A DNA stretch of 56,173 nucleotides, filler included, from Catajapyx aquilonaris (lineage: Eukaryota): the NCBI GenBank assembly GCA_000934665.2. It is 3 parts of 3 records of this genome, joined end to end, with 100 filler letters (N's around TTAATTAATTAA, not from the genome) between each part and the next. Parts side by side here need not be neighbours in the genome. Positions count along the whole stretch, not along the records: positions 1 to 18,556 come from JYFJ02006660.1; positions 18,657 to 37,525 come from JYFJ02006661.1; 1 more part is not named here. One strand, 5' to 3'. The position numbers were made by a program, and so were the translations under genes. Within the stretch, counting starts at the first letter, position 1, and each line of letters starts with the position of its first letter. The notes below the pieces were generated by a model. That model saw only the letters and a program-made list of their open reading frames with translations, was not told where the DNA came from and searched no databases. Shown one piece after another: positions 11,154 to 22,444 of this stretch.

Positions 11154-11580
11154 TATAACCTAACCTGAACTGATGTGATCTAATCTAAACTAGGAAGATT
11201 TCACTGAAGGATAAGTGAAGGTTGGTTACATAATGTAAATTAACCAATCCAGACTAAGTCTGATTCAATAGATTTTAATCTGAATGTAAACTATGGCACA
11301 ATATTAGCAAATAATGAGATGCGGATATTTTATCAACTTTATTTGTCTCCGAATTGGTGGGAGAATAAATCATAAGTCTCTAACAACAGAACTTATGCAT
11401 AGAAAAATCTCTGGTCAAATTCTTCATTGATTGGGAGAGTGGTTTCCATTACCTTTATGTTAGAGAGAGAGAGGGGGAAAAAACATTTGATGAGCTTCCT
11501 GGCTCATATATGTATCTTTTTAAATGTTAGTGTCTGTTCCTAAGCTGTACTCATCTTTGTTTCTCACAATGGAAAAGGGA

Positions 11581-11807
11581 TTAATGCTTCCCCTCTTTGC
11601 AATTGTTACACACCCGCACAGGATCATTCCATCCACGACTGGGAACAGGTTCTCGACTGAGTGAACAACCATCACACACTCCTTGTCCGCAAGCCCTGCA
11701 ATGATGTATGGTGATATTGGAAGAAAACTTCACCCCGCACACGATGCATTTGATAATGTCTTTGTCTGGGATCCAATATGAGGGACGAGCTGTATCTTTG
11801 ATAAAAC
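11581..11807 (-). CDS. ZFYVE1: ZFYVE1 last exon (FYVE 2)
   Basis: FIKDTARPSYWIPD..HHCRACGQGVCDGCS..VPSRGWNDPVRVCNNC; TAA at 11581-11583. Confidence 0.95.
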
Positions 11808-14800
11808 CTGGAGAGGGTTTTAAAATTTATGAGTATGTGCAATTCTCACAGAGAAAACACTAACTTATGAGTTACAACACATTACATGATGTTCCCATGA
11901 ATTTTCTATTTATTGTCGAAGGGACATCACTTCAGTACAATTGTATGGTTTGCATTTGATGTAAACGAGACTGAAATCCAATGTTAGTTGAATGGAAGAA
12001 GATTTGACTCTTGCACAAAATCCTTTCCAGGAATTAAGGGAATCCTTTCAAGGAATCAACACTAATCTCGTATTTTAAATTTGAAAAATTTGCAAACACT
12101 TTCAAGCTCAGATTTCCTCAATTCAGGCAATACAAGAGAAAAATAACAGTTTCGTATTTGCAACAATTATTAAATTATTATTAGAAACAACCTCCACTAA
12201 AAATCATCACGCCATATGGTTAAATCAATTCTGGAGGGGTATTTGGAAAATTCTTCCATCATGCTCAGTGTGGAATGAGACAATTTATAATGCTGATATT
12301 ACTAGTGTATACAACCTTTTGGGTAGTCGAAAACAGATGCCACAGAACCAAGGGTTCCCAGTACAACTTCACCATATTTCCGTATGCGTACATCCTCTAC
12401 TGCTTCACTCAAAACTTCAATGTCACTGTCAGTACCTAAAACATAAGTAACTTTTAAGCCTTAACCCATTACTTCTGCTTTTAACCAAAGGACGCAGGTG
12501 TTGAAGAGATATGCTGGACCACAATTTTCCACGTGAACCAAAAAATACACCTGCTGCCCTTGCAACTATGCTCACCCCTAGATTTTCTGGATGCAGTACT
12601 TGGGCAGGGAGTAAGTGGATCTTGTGTGTCATCACTTGAGCCTGTGAATTGGATTGTGTTATGTGTTTGTTAAGTTATCAACTGCATTAGGACACTTGTG
12701 TTAGAAAATTGTGGTCCATTAGTAGTGGCAAAGCAGCAAGGCAGAAATCAGACCTTGAGCAAAGCACGCTTCACACACTCGAACTGGATTCAACCATCCT
12801 TTTTCTGGAACAGGTTTCGTTTTACTAGAGCAGTCCTCACAAAAACCTTCACCGCATGCTCGACAGTGGTGCTTCTCATCAGTTAATTCAAATGGTTTGT
12901 GGCATTTGTGGCAATGCTGAAATTGAAATAATTTAAGCATTTCGTTTACACTATTTAAGATCTGAGTGTCTCACTGTGATGTCAGAATTAGGTCTCCAAT
13001 ACTTCGGAGCAATCTGATCTGCTACCCAACTGGTCACTAACTTTGTTGGTCCCGCACTAACAGTGCTCACAGTTCCTGTAAGGTATGTGACTCCATCCAC
13101 TATCCTTTGGGCAGCATTCTGTGCTCCTTGAGAAGCATATTCCTGAAAATAAAAGTATAAACTTATATAATGCTTTTTACAGGACATATTTATAATCAAA
13201 CTTGGAACTAGTACTAGGCAATATTTCTACGGTCCTCCGCCATAATCTACTATTGCAGTGCTTCCCAAACTTTTTTTGTCGCATACCCCTTTTCAAATAT
13301 GTCAAGACAGTTTGTACCCCCACTCCGATCCTGTTACCTAACAATAGTAATTGCGGGGACTTACCAGTTAGCGTAATGGGCAAGTTTTCTCTCCTTCACA
13401 CAATATTTGGGACAAGTAGCGTCAATTTAAGCCTGAGATCTTTCTGAACACAGAGTCGATGATCTAATTTTGTTTTCATGGACGTTAATGCCGAAAAACT
13501 TGCTTCACATAAATAGGTAGTAGTAGTGTTGGACATAAATCGAGACATACTGCTAGCAACATTTTCCGAAGCGGCAGAAGAGCAAACCGCAGCAATGCAA
13601 TGAGCGAGACAGGCGTGCGAGCAAGAAGTGGTGGGCCAAGATGATGGGGTTCAGGGTTCTTGAAGCACATATAAGCATCACTTATTCATAATTTGGCATT
13701 TTTATTGCTGAATCACCTCATGACAGGGAAGAAACAGCCTTTGTTCCCCACGACACATTTAAAACAGTCAATTTCTAACCACCTTCAAAGTCTTGTGTAG
13801 AGTCGCTGTCACCAGAAATACGGTAGTCCTACTGTTGCACTGCGCCACAAGACTTGCCTCTAAACTTGCCCCATACGATTATACCTGCACATTTAAAAAT
13901 GCCAACCCTGCCCCTACACTACTTGCACAGCCCATCACTTCTTGCTCCTGTCTCACTCATTTCATTGCTTCAGTTCGTTCTTCTGCCGCTTCGGAAAATG
14001 TCACTGGCAGTATGCCTAGATTTATGGCCAACACTGTACACGAAGATGTGTACATGATATTAAATACTCAGAGCACAGGTTGCTAGGGTGGATAGTTTTC
14101 AATTTTTTCAGCCTATAATATCACAAGTGTTTTTGGCACAAATTCAAACAAACTTCCATTCGTGGAAATTTCGATGATCATTTCCGATCCTGCACTGACA
14201 TGTGCAAAAGTGGTAAAGAAATCTCAAATGGATTTCTGATCCAATTGACTGACATGTCCAATTGTCCATCTCTGGAAAATGATATCTAAACTGTTGCACC
14301 AATTGATTCATGTCCTCCAATACTAGTGTGTTGGCATTGAACACCATCTTCCACTGGCCCCTCTGCAGTTGCTTCGAAATTTGACATTTTTGAGTTCACA
14401 CTGTCATGTTGCTTCGTGAGTTTCAAAACTGAATGAAAACAGCATCAGTCAAATTCCTCTGCCATGTATGATGAATCTTCACTAAAATAATACAGTAAAA
14501 CTTCTATAAGTCGAATCTCCATGGGGCCGGAAAAAAACTTCGAGTTATAGAACATTCGAGTTCAAGAAGTTTGGATTTTTTAAAGCACAGAACTCTATAA
14601 GGAAGCCCACCTTTATACCCATCGACAAAAGGTGTTCAAAACTTAAAAATAACTGTCACTATCACACTTGCAATGTTCCTCGTCGTTTAGGGAAATTCGA
14701 CTTACAGAAATTTTACTACCGACCTCGGCTGGGTTCGAACCCGGCCGAGGTCGGTGACTTTTCTCCGGGTGGTAGAAAAGTGAGAGTGCGCCTTCCTTCG

Positions 14801-17716
14801 GAGGGGAAGTAAAGCCGTCGGTCCTGTGTGCTTGTGACATTGCGCGAGTGCACGTTAAAGATCCCCAGAGTGGCCATTGCCAGGAGGAGGACCACCCCCT
14901 GGCATTGGTGTTGAGCCTTGAGGCAGAAATAGGCCGACGTTAAGCCCCACTGAAAAGTGTATATGGAAGGGAGGCGAAGTGGCGCTGCAGTAATTTATGC
15001 ACCCACGGATGTTAAGGTACCAGGATCAAATCCCGCCCCATGTTCCCCCCCTTCACCTTGTGCAGAGTTTGTTAGAGGTCGTCTCTGGCTTCGTCTTGGG
15101 TGGTATCTCCGTTAAGACAAACCACCCAGGGGAGTTCACAAAATGACCACAGCACCGACATTGCACTGCACTATGCACATCCCCACCTGTCACTCTGCCC
15201 ATGGGCCCGGGCTTTTATTAAATAGGCACCAGGTACCATGCACACTGAACAACTCAAAATATAATAAAGGTCCATGTGATATACCCCTGTAGGGGTGAAA
15301 GCATTTCCCACAAATTATAATAATTAAAAAAAAATATTATTATTAATAATTATATGGTATCATATTGCCCTCTGACATCACCATTGTCAAAAAATAAACA
15401 TGCAGATGCAGGAATGCACCCAGGATGCTTTGTTCCTTCGTTTGTTGCCTAACAATGGAATCGAACATAGGTACCTATTGTAATAATGGCTCAATACAGG
15501 TCAGTGTGATATACCCCTCAGGGGGGTGAAAGCACTACCCAGGATTATTATTATTATTGTTGTTGTTGTTGTTGTTTTTCATTAATATCACTCCTACGTC
15601 CTACTACAAATTTTCATTGAGAAAAGAAAAAAACTGCCACAAAAACTCAGCTGTCAAAGGGTTAAGGGTATGAAGTCACTAACTAGATCAAAATAAGATA
15701 CTCCAGAAGCAAGAACTCTCTTCTACCAAACACGCCTGCCCATTCTCAATGCCTATAAGCAAGGTTAACGTAAAATACATGCAACTTGCTGTAAAACTTA
15801 CTCCAGGCCAAACATGCCTCGTTTCCATATCAACAGTTGTCTCCAGTGGATCCCTGTTTCCATACCAGTACTGCCTGCTGCGATATATTATTCCACAAAA
15901 TCTGCATTCCAAAACATACCTGAAAGCAAGCCATATCAGAGTGTAATTGTAGGCCAGCACACGCAACACACAAGACGCATCAACCAACATTCCCGCAGAA
16001 GGGCTCTGCAAACACAAGCATGAAGGAATGGCAGCTTACCCAGACCAAGCAAATTTGGCCAATCCCATCCATGTGGAATCATTTGAAGCTGATGTTTTTG
16101 GATCCACAATTGTTAAGCGACCCTGCTTACGGCATTCCTTGCACATGAACACACGGTTGTCATGCTCATGTTGGTACCTTAACAAAGTAAAATTGCAGTT
16201 GTGTGAAAACACTGAATTAATATAACCGTAAGATGTGGGAAAAAAACCACAACTTACTGGCACAACTTTTCTGTGTCATGAGGCATGCCTTCAGACTCAT
16301 GATTGATGCTCTTGATACATCGAGAGTCGCATACCAAGCACACAGATCCACAGGTGAAATATTTCTCTGGAAATGACATGTGGGAATACTGACTGATTTT
16401 CCCCACAAAGTTGTCATTCAGAGCCTAAAAGATCAAAAGGCAATAATGCTTTTATGCCCATTAGCATTGTAACCAAAAAATTTCACCTTCAAATTGTAGT
16501 AAACAATACTAGGTTGGCGCCACATTCGTGAGCACACATTCTTAAGTTCACGCTTTACAACCCCTCTTATAGGATTGAAGTCAGTGTTCTTTCCTGTAGT
16601 ACGAATGCCAACATATCTGAGATTGCTGAATGAATCAACATCCAAACCAAGCTTCTCTAGACGCTGCCGAAGGAGGATTTCTGTATTCATACCACTTTCT
16701 AAAAAATAAGAATAATGTAAATTATGCCCAACACTGAGAATATCAACAATCTTACTTGGCATAACAGGATCAGTGTGGCAGGTTTCATGGAACACAACAA
16801 CAACTGGCCCCAAATTGGAGAGTGGCTCTTTAGACTCTCGCTTCAAAGACAGTAATTTTAGCTTCTTGTAAAAATGATCTCGATATGATTTTGAAGCATC
16901 AGCCAGAAATCGAAACATATCATTATGGAGGCGTTCTGCACGTGTGCGATATATTACGACGTCACTTATTGCTAAAATCTGCAAGCATATTCATAGTCAA
17001 CTTCAGTTACAACATTGTCATTCTGTACTACCTCACCTTGAGCAAAAGCCTCGTTCTCTTATTTTCGTTGTTTGTTACACCTAAAATCCCTTCCGTGTCC
17101 AAAAATATGACCTTCATGTCCATATTATATGCTGCCCAGACACCAAGCGTGCACGATTCCTGTGAACTGCATGTGCGAAACACCTCTTCACCATCAAAAA
17201 ATGCATGATTCAGGCAATGGGACTTTCCTTCCCCTGTATTCCCAACTATGGCCACAACTTTAACTTGGTCACTGTCATCACATTGCAACTTTGTGCAGAA
17301 AGACTGCGCACTGGTCACCTGAAACATAATCCTTCATGTTAGCAGCATCTTTTCAAAGATTACCATTGATCAGTGGTTCCATCTTTCACCTTCAGCTTTT
17401 CTTCAGCATCCACCAGCAAAATACTGCGTCCATTGAACTCTTCAGGTGCACTGAGCCTAGGGGATGTATAATCCATAGTGGCATCCATTGCAACGTCTGG
17501 AATGCTTGACTTGGTGCTTTCTTGGTCAGATGAAATGTGTCCGTCACTACTTCGCTTGTCACTCTCTTTTCGAGAACACAAACTAACTGCTCCTGGATCC
17601 AAGGATTCCATTATGGCAGCTTGATCCTCCATCACATCCTCTCCAAAAGGGTATGACGCCCGAAATGGGCCGGGTGGAGAAAAAGCCTGTGTAGACTCGT
17701 ATTTTCCAAAGTTCAT
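11581..17716 (-). CDS. ZFYVE1: Zinc finger FYVE domain-containing protein 1 (DFCP1); 12 coding exons, about 736 aa
   Basis: Exons 17390-17716, 17037-17318, 16756-16978, 16487-16698, 16258-16424, 16040-16177, 15802-15919, 12975-13142, 12754-12916, 12576-12641 (optional), 12316-12435, 11581-11807; all GT-AG and phase-consistent. P-loop GNTGEGKS, DTEG, TRLLLKILAISDVVIYRT, YRSRQYWYGN and two FYVE domains (HHCRACG..RVC). Confidence 0.96.
12316..12435 (-). CDS. ZFYVE1: ZFYVE1 exon 11
   Basis: VRIRKYGEVVLGTLGSVASVFDYPK resembles human IARKVGEAVQNTLGAVVTAIDIP. Confidence 0.88.
12576..12641 (-). CDS. ZFYVE1: ZFYVE1 candidate 66-nt linker exon
   Basis: ttcacag|GC..AGG G|gtgagc; symmetric phase 1, no stop; not supported by homology. 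Confidence 0.55.
12754..12916 (-). CDS. ZFYVE1: ZFYVE1 exon 9 (FYVE 1)
   Basis: CHKC..KHHCRACGEGFCEDCS..RVCEAC. Confidence 0.95.
12975..13142 (-). CDS. ZFYVE1: ZFYVE1 exon 8
   Basis: QNAAQRIVDGV..PTKLVTSWVADQIAPKYWRPN. Confidence 0.95.
13524..14036. mobile_element. Tc1/mariner-type MITE (long copy) in a ZFYVE1 intron
   Basis: About 130-nt inverted arms matching the 8599-8760 family. Confidence 0.75.
14725..14870 (+). mobile_element. 5'-truncated tRNA-derived SINE
   Basis: B-box GGGTTCGAACCC followed by CCTTCGGAGGGGAAGTAAAGCCGTCGGTCC, a core I recognise from insect SINEs. Confidence 0.6.
14968..15310 (+). mobile_element. tRNA-derived SINE (diverged copy)
   Basis: Collinear with 36016-36307 (GTCTCTGGCTTCGT, GGGAGTTCACAAAA, CGACATTGCAC..GCACATCCC). 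Confidence 0.7.
15802..15919 (-). CDS. ZFYVE1: ZFYVE1 exon 7
   Basis: YVLECRFCGIIYRSRQYWYGNRDP..HVWPG. Confidence 0.95.
16040..16177 (-). CDS. ZFYVE1: ZFYVE1 exon 6
   Basis: YQHEHDNRVFMCKEC..PKTSASNDSTWMGLAKFAWSG. Confidence 0.95.
16258..16424 (-). CDS. ZFYVE1: ZFYVE1 exon 5
   Basis: ALNDNFVG..SFPEKYFTCGSVCLVCDSRCIKSINHESEGMPH (this frame is not in the ORF track). Confidence 0.92.
16487..16698 (-). CDS. ZFYVE1: ZFYVE1 exon 4
   Basis: FSNLRYVGIRT..TDF..RQPSIVYYNLK. Confidence 0.9.
16756..16978 (-). CDS. ZFYVE1: ZFYVE1 exon 3
   Basis: ILAISDVVIYRTRAERLHNDMFRFLADAS..LGPVVVVFHET. Confidence 0.92.
17037..17318 (-). CDS. ZFYVE1: ZFYVE1 exon 2 (P-loop NTPase)
   Basis: VVAIVGNTGEGKSHCLNH..QESCTLGVWAA..DTEG. 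Confidence 0.95.
17390..17716 (-). CDS. ZFYVE1: ZFYVE1 coding exon 1
   Basis: ATG at 17716, upstream acceptor at 17785; ends LLVDAEEKLK|gtgaaa; start codon choice uncertain. Confidence 0.75.
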
Positions 17717-18556
17717 GATTCATACTTCTTGAAGTTTTGCATGTCAGATGAATGATGTACCTTGAGCAATGACAATCCATCAACCTAGAAAAACAAAATA
17801 TGCACGTAAGCAAGGACATTTTTGGAATGCCCATCAGTTAAAGGTCCAGTTAAAGGTGTATGCCATCTACAGTAGCCTACATGGTAGAATATCAAGGAGG
17901 AGATATTTTCTCATTTTGGCTAAATCATGGAGACAAGAAAGCATCTGCATTTACGAGCTTATATTACCCTGATCCATTCCTATCAAACATTCAAGTGGTG
18001 ACATCACATGACGAAATGCACGAGCCTATTGGAGTCCACCCTTTGCCTCAATTGCTGTGAAATTTTCGCTGGGCATCTCCATGGCAATCAGGGTTTTAAG
18101 GTGGGGATATAGAGAATCCGGACTTCGAGTTCCAACTCTGGCGGAAAGAGGAGACAGTGGATCCCACCCTCCCTACACAAAAGAAGGGTCACGTTTGCTG
18201 ACCATTCCCTCTAGGCACAATAAAAACCGTGAAAATTAGGGTTCCCCCAACTTCTAGTAGTTCTCAAATCAGTCAAATTTTGACAAAATCATTATTTGCC
18301 GAAAGGTTATAGCTAAACATAAAAATCAGCTTCACTGGTCAGGAACACCAATTTTTTGCTCATTTTTGGGTGCTTGTTACAACATCACTTAAAATTTCAC
18401 GTATGCAAATGACTTTTAAAAATACTATATTAAGAATATGGGAAAAGTACCACACACGTGTAAAAGAAAGGTCAGTTACACTTCCACAAAAAAAATCGGT
18501 TAGTTGTTGTTAGCGAGATTTTTACTCCCCATTCTCTTTATCCCCCCCCCCCCCCC

Positions 18557-18656
18557 NNNNNNNNNNNNNNNNNNNNNNNNNNNNNNNNNNNNNNNNNNNN
18601 TTAATTAATTAANNNNNNNNNNNNNNNNNNNNNNNNNNNNNNNNNNNNNNNNNNNN
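18557..18656. other. Artificial scaffold linker/gap
   Basis: N44 + TTAATTAATTAA (stop in all six frames) + N44 = 100 nt. Confidence 0.97.
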
Positions 18657-19494
18657 CGATAGATATTCGCTTGGATGGTCCACGTGCATGCACACGGTTT
18701 GCGTTGTGGCTTATCGCGCGTGAAAGACCAATTTCGGTCAAGGGGAGTTTTCGAAAATATCGGCCAGACAAGTTCAGCTTCATTTTAAGAGTCATTCAAC
18801 AAAAATCAAAAACGTCCAAGTTTGAGAAAAATCAAAATCAAAATTGGAGCGCCAATTTTTGACTTTAAATTTTTGATTCTCGTAATCATCAGTATGGCCA
18901 TCTCATAGAGCGTTAAAATACGTATCCAACGCATACATCAAGTTTAGCATTTGCACTTGTCCTCTGGGAGTTATGGTAATCCAAGTGACTGCATGCTAAG
19001 CAAAAATCCGTACACGGGTTGCGTTGCGGCTTATAGCGCGAGAAAGACCAATTTCGGTCTCGGGGAGTTTTCGAAAATATTGGCCAGACATGTTCAGCTT
19101 CATTTTAAGAGTCATTCAAAAAAAATCAAAAATGTTCAAGTTTGAGAAAAATCAAAATCAAAATTGGAGCGCCAATTTTTGACTTTAAATTTTTGATTCT
19201 CTTAATCATCGGTATGGCCATCTTATAGAGCGTTAAAATACGTATCCAACGCATACATCAAGTTTAGCATTTGCACTTATCCTCTGGGAGTTATGGTAAT
19301 CCAAGTGACTGCATGCTAAGCAAAAATCCGCATAAATTGGTAGATTCCGCACCCTGTAGTTACGCAACCACGCAACGCAGAGGTATAATATTTTGGCTTC
19401 CGGCATAGGTCGATGAGTAGTACATGTCATTACAATTTGGTCAAAGTCCTCGAAGATTTGTCGGAAAGGTGGCCCGCTTGACGTGGAATGCCTC
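18657..19494. mobile_element. End of a non-autonomous DNA transposon (Sola-like) with about 320-nt tandem subrepeats
   Basis: Unit repeats at 18841 and 19161; terminus CCGCTTGACGTGGAATGCCTC|ATAT shared with 37370. Confidence 0.65.
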
Positions 19495-20078
19495 ATATAT
19501 ATATAAAAATAAAAAGGTCTGCGCGCTGTCACCCCCCACCACCACTCTACCCCTCACCCCGAGTGCCTCACCCCTGACCTCGTTAGGGGGGTCGACAGGC
19601 GGATGGAGGGAAACCGGTGTGTGGACTGAGGTCTTGGACTGCGGGTTCCTTCTGGGTCCTTCTTAGTTGCCGCCATCTTGAGAATGGGGTGGGGGAAAGG
19701 CTCCACCGCACCGTCCCGGTAGAACCTGCCCCCCTTCCACTCCGCAAGATTGCTGATTGGTTCCGCAGGTGCGACCAGCTCTTGAGGGAGACTTGGAAGT
19801 GGGGAACAGCTCGGATTGGTCAGATCGGGGCGGGATCAGGGTCACATGACGTGGGAGGAGGTGGAAAGAGGGGTAGCAAGAGCGTGACGTCGCACGGTTA
19901 CTAACCGACCAAACCTGTTTCAAATAGATACGGTCACATATGCCATGGTCGTTGCGACCAGACCAAGTGTAACCCCCTTTCGTCAGTCGCAAAGCGTCTG
20001 ATTGCACGATTGAGGCTCATATCGTGAGGGCGTAAACATGCCTTAACCCTGACAGAGCTGGCCAGACACTCGCATCTA

Positions 20079-20277
20079 CACTGTAAACCGCAAAACATTA
20101 AAAGAGCATCACTGGTGAGTCTCCCATGGAACATCAATTTTCAATGCTCTTGTGATGCTCTTGTGATGCTTTTTAGCAACAAAAAAGCATCACAAGAACA
20201 TTACAAGAGCATTAAAAATAGATGCTCCATGGGAGACTCACCAGTCACGCCCTTTTAATGTTTTGTGGTTTACAGTG
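20079..20277. mobile_element. Palindromic MITE with CACTG termini and TA duplication (CACTA/CMC-like)
   Basis: TA|CACTGTAAACC.CAAAACATTAAAAG ... CTTTTAATGTTTTGTGGTTTACAGTG|TA. Confidence 0.8.
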
Positions 20278-20530
20278 TAGTGGGCATGCCCTGTGCATGT
20301 GGAATGCATGCAGAGACATTTAATATTCTAATCACTACTGTAATCTGTCCACTTTCCTCAGACTTTTAGCATACATTGCAATTCTCACTTAATTCTGCCA
20401 CATGAACTCCAATCATAATGTGAAAAAAATGCAACAAAAAAACAATAAAACCACTGTCCTCCTTACGAGACAACATTACATATAAATAGTAAAGAACCCA
20501 GACAATTAAAATTGCCTCCTACTTGCATAT

Positions 20531-20822
20531 GAAGAGTCCAGGGGAAAATGGGGGAATGTCACAAAAACAATGTTTGTGAGAAATCGAAAAAATGGCTTTA
20601 ATTCTTCATGTGTCTATCCCGTTTTCTGCCCTGTACGACATGGACCTTCCTTGTTCTTCTCTAGTACGGGATATCTTCACTTCATTATATATCTGAAACT
20701 GTCCCCCTTGTTCCCATGGAAAGCCTCCAGGTATGAGCGGCACCTACGCTACTATTGTACTGTGCACTTGGCAACAAACCCAATGGAATTTGACATTCCC
20801 CCTTTTCCCCCCTGGACTCTTC
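20531..20822. mobile_element. MITE with 4-bp ATAT target duplication (Sola-like)
   Basis: ATAT|GAAGAGTCCAGGGG..GGGGAATGTCA ... TGACATTCCCC..CCCCTGGACTCTTC|ATAT. Confidence 0.7.
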
Positions 20823-22444
20823 ATATGTTAGGCTCAAACCACGAAAATGGCCACTGAGCAAGAATAAACGACCATTTCGCGAAATGCTCCTTTTCAAACG
20901 GCCAAATAGCAAAATAGCCAGAGCACTTTTCTGGACTACACAATAGTGTCAGGATGCTAGTTTAGTGTCGTGGCTGGTTCAGAAAAAGCCCATAACCACC
21001 TGTGGCAGTTTCTGTTTCTCACCACGCCATGTAGATGCTGGAAATAAATCACCCTATTGTTGTTTGGCAAATGGGTGAAATACTTAACATGTAATTACCC
21101 TATTGGCACTGTGGCATTATTATACTGTTTTAAAAATATAATTTCGTGATCTGACCGTTTTTTCGTGGGCATTTCATGAAACGGATGGTTTGAAAGGGAG
21201 CATTTCGCAATCTGTCCATTTTGAAGACAGCATTCCGTGAAATGGTAGGTTTTTCCGCTCAACGGCTGTTTTCGGAGTTAGCGCCTTACATGTATGGTAC
21301 TGTATATTAATAATTAATTAAAGTAATGCCATATGAACCCAATCTTTGAAACAGTGAAATTTCGATGCAAGTAACAATTTTAAGGGCCTTAATCTGGACA
21401 CCAAATGTAACTTACCATTGAGGTAACATGTTGTTTACTTCTAACATTTTACATTCAGTACATTACCATGAGTAAGTTACCTCTGGTGTCCATAGGGTCC
21501 TACTTTGCATGATATGAAAAAAAAAAGATCACGCAGTACATACATGGATCAAAGCTAGCATCCCAGGTAAGGGCACCACTTTTTCAATTACAAGAAAGTA
21601 TGGCATGAATTAGCGTAAAAAAAAAAGAAAAAGCTCACACAATGCTATTCAGTCAATTTCTGTTTTCAATGCATAAAAACACAGAAGAATGACAGTACTG
21701 CATGACAGCCATGCAAAGGCAAAATTTGAGCACTTTTGTGTGCATAATGAGAGTGTGTGAACAGATGAAGTCATACATTAAAGCTTCAATGTTTGACAGA
21801 TTTCATTGTTGAATATAATTTTGTTGAATATAATTAGACTTAGCTAAAGTTACTTCAATTACCATACCTCAATAGGTTTAAAGTAAAATGAAGAAAATTC
21901 ACATACAAAAGTAATGCAGACCTTGTCTTGAAAGTGATATCATTTGGTTTGTGCTTCTTTCCAATCACGTGGCTGAAAAAAGGAGACCTAGACTCGGTTG
22001 GCATATAAATAAGTTAGAAGGCAAGATGTCAGTTGATACTGACATCTCCCAATTCATCTGGGTCAGTCAGAGCATCTGCTCCTATGGTTTGTAAAAGCGC
22101 TTCACAAAGTCCGCCAGGTTTAGAACTTCCCCATAGCCTCTCTTGGGGGTCATGTTGATAAAATCCTCCAAATTGTTTCCCTTCCCTGTGAAAACAAGAC
22201 ATACTGTATAAAAATGCTCCTTACATGTCAAGTTGGTATTATTAAAATTACAACATGCAGTGAAAATATGTACAGTTACAGTACAGTGAAAAATGTTTTC
22301 CAATGAATAGGCTAACTACGTATATCAAAACTCTTGTCACATCCCTCAACATTTCCAGCCCACTGCTTCTGTGTTGAGAGTGCCAAAAAAGCTCACAGGC
22401 TGCATTAAAGGTAAAATCGGGGCCACATCCATCAATACGTTTAA

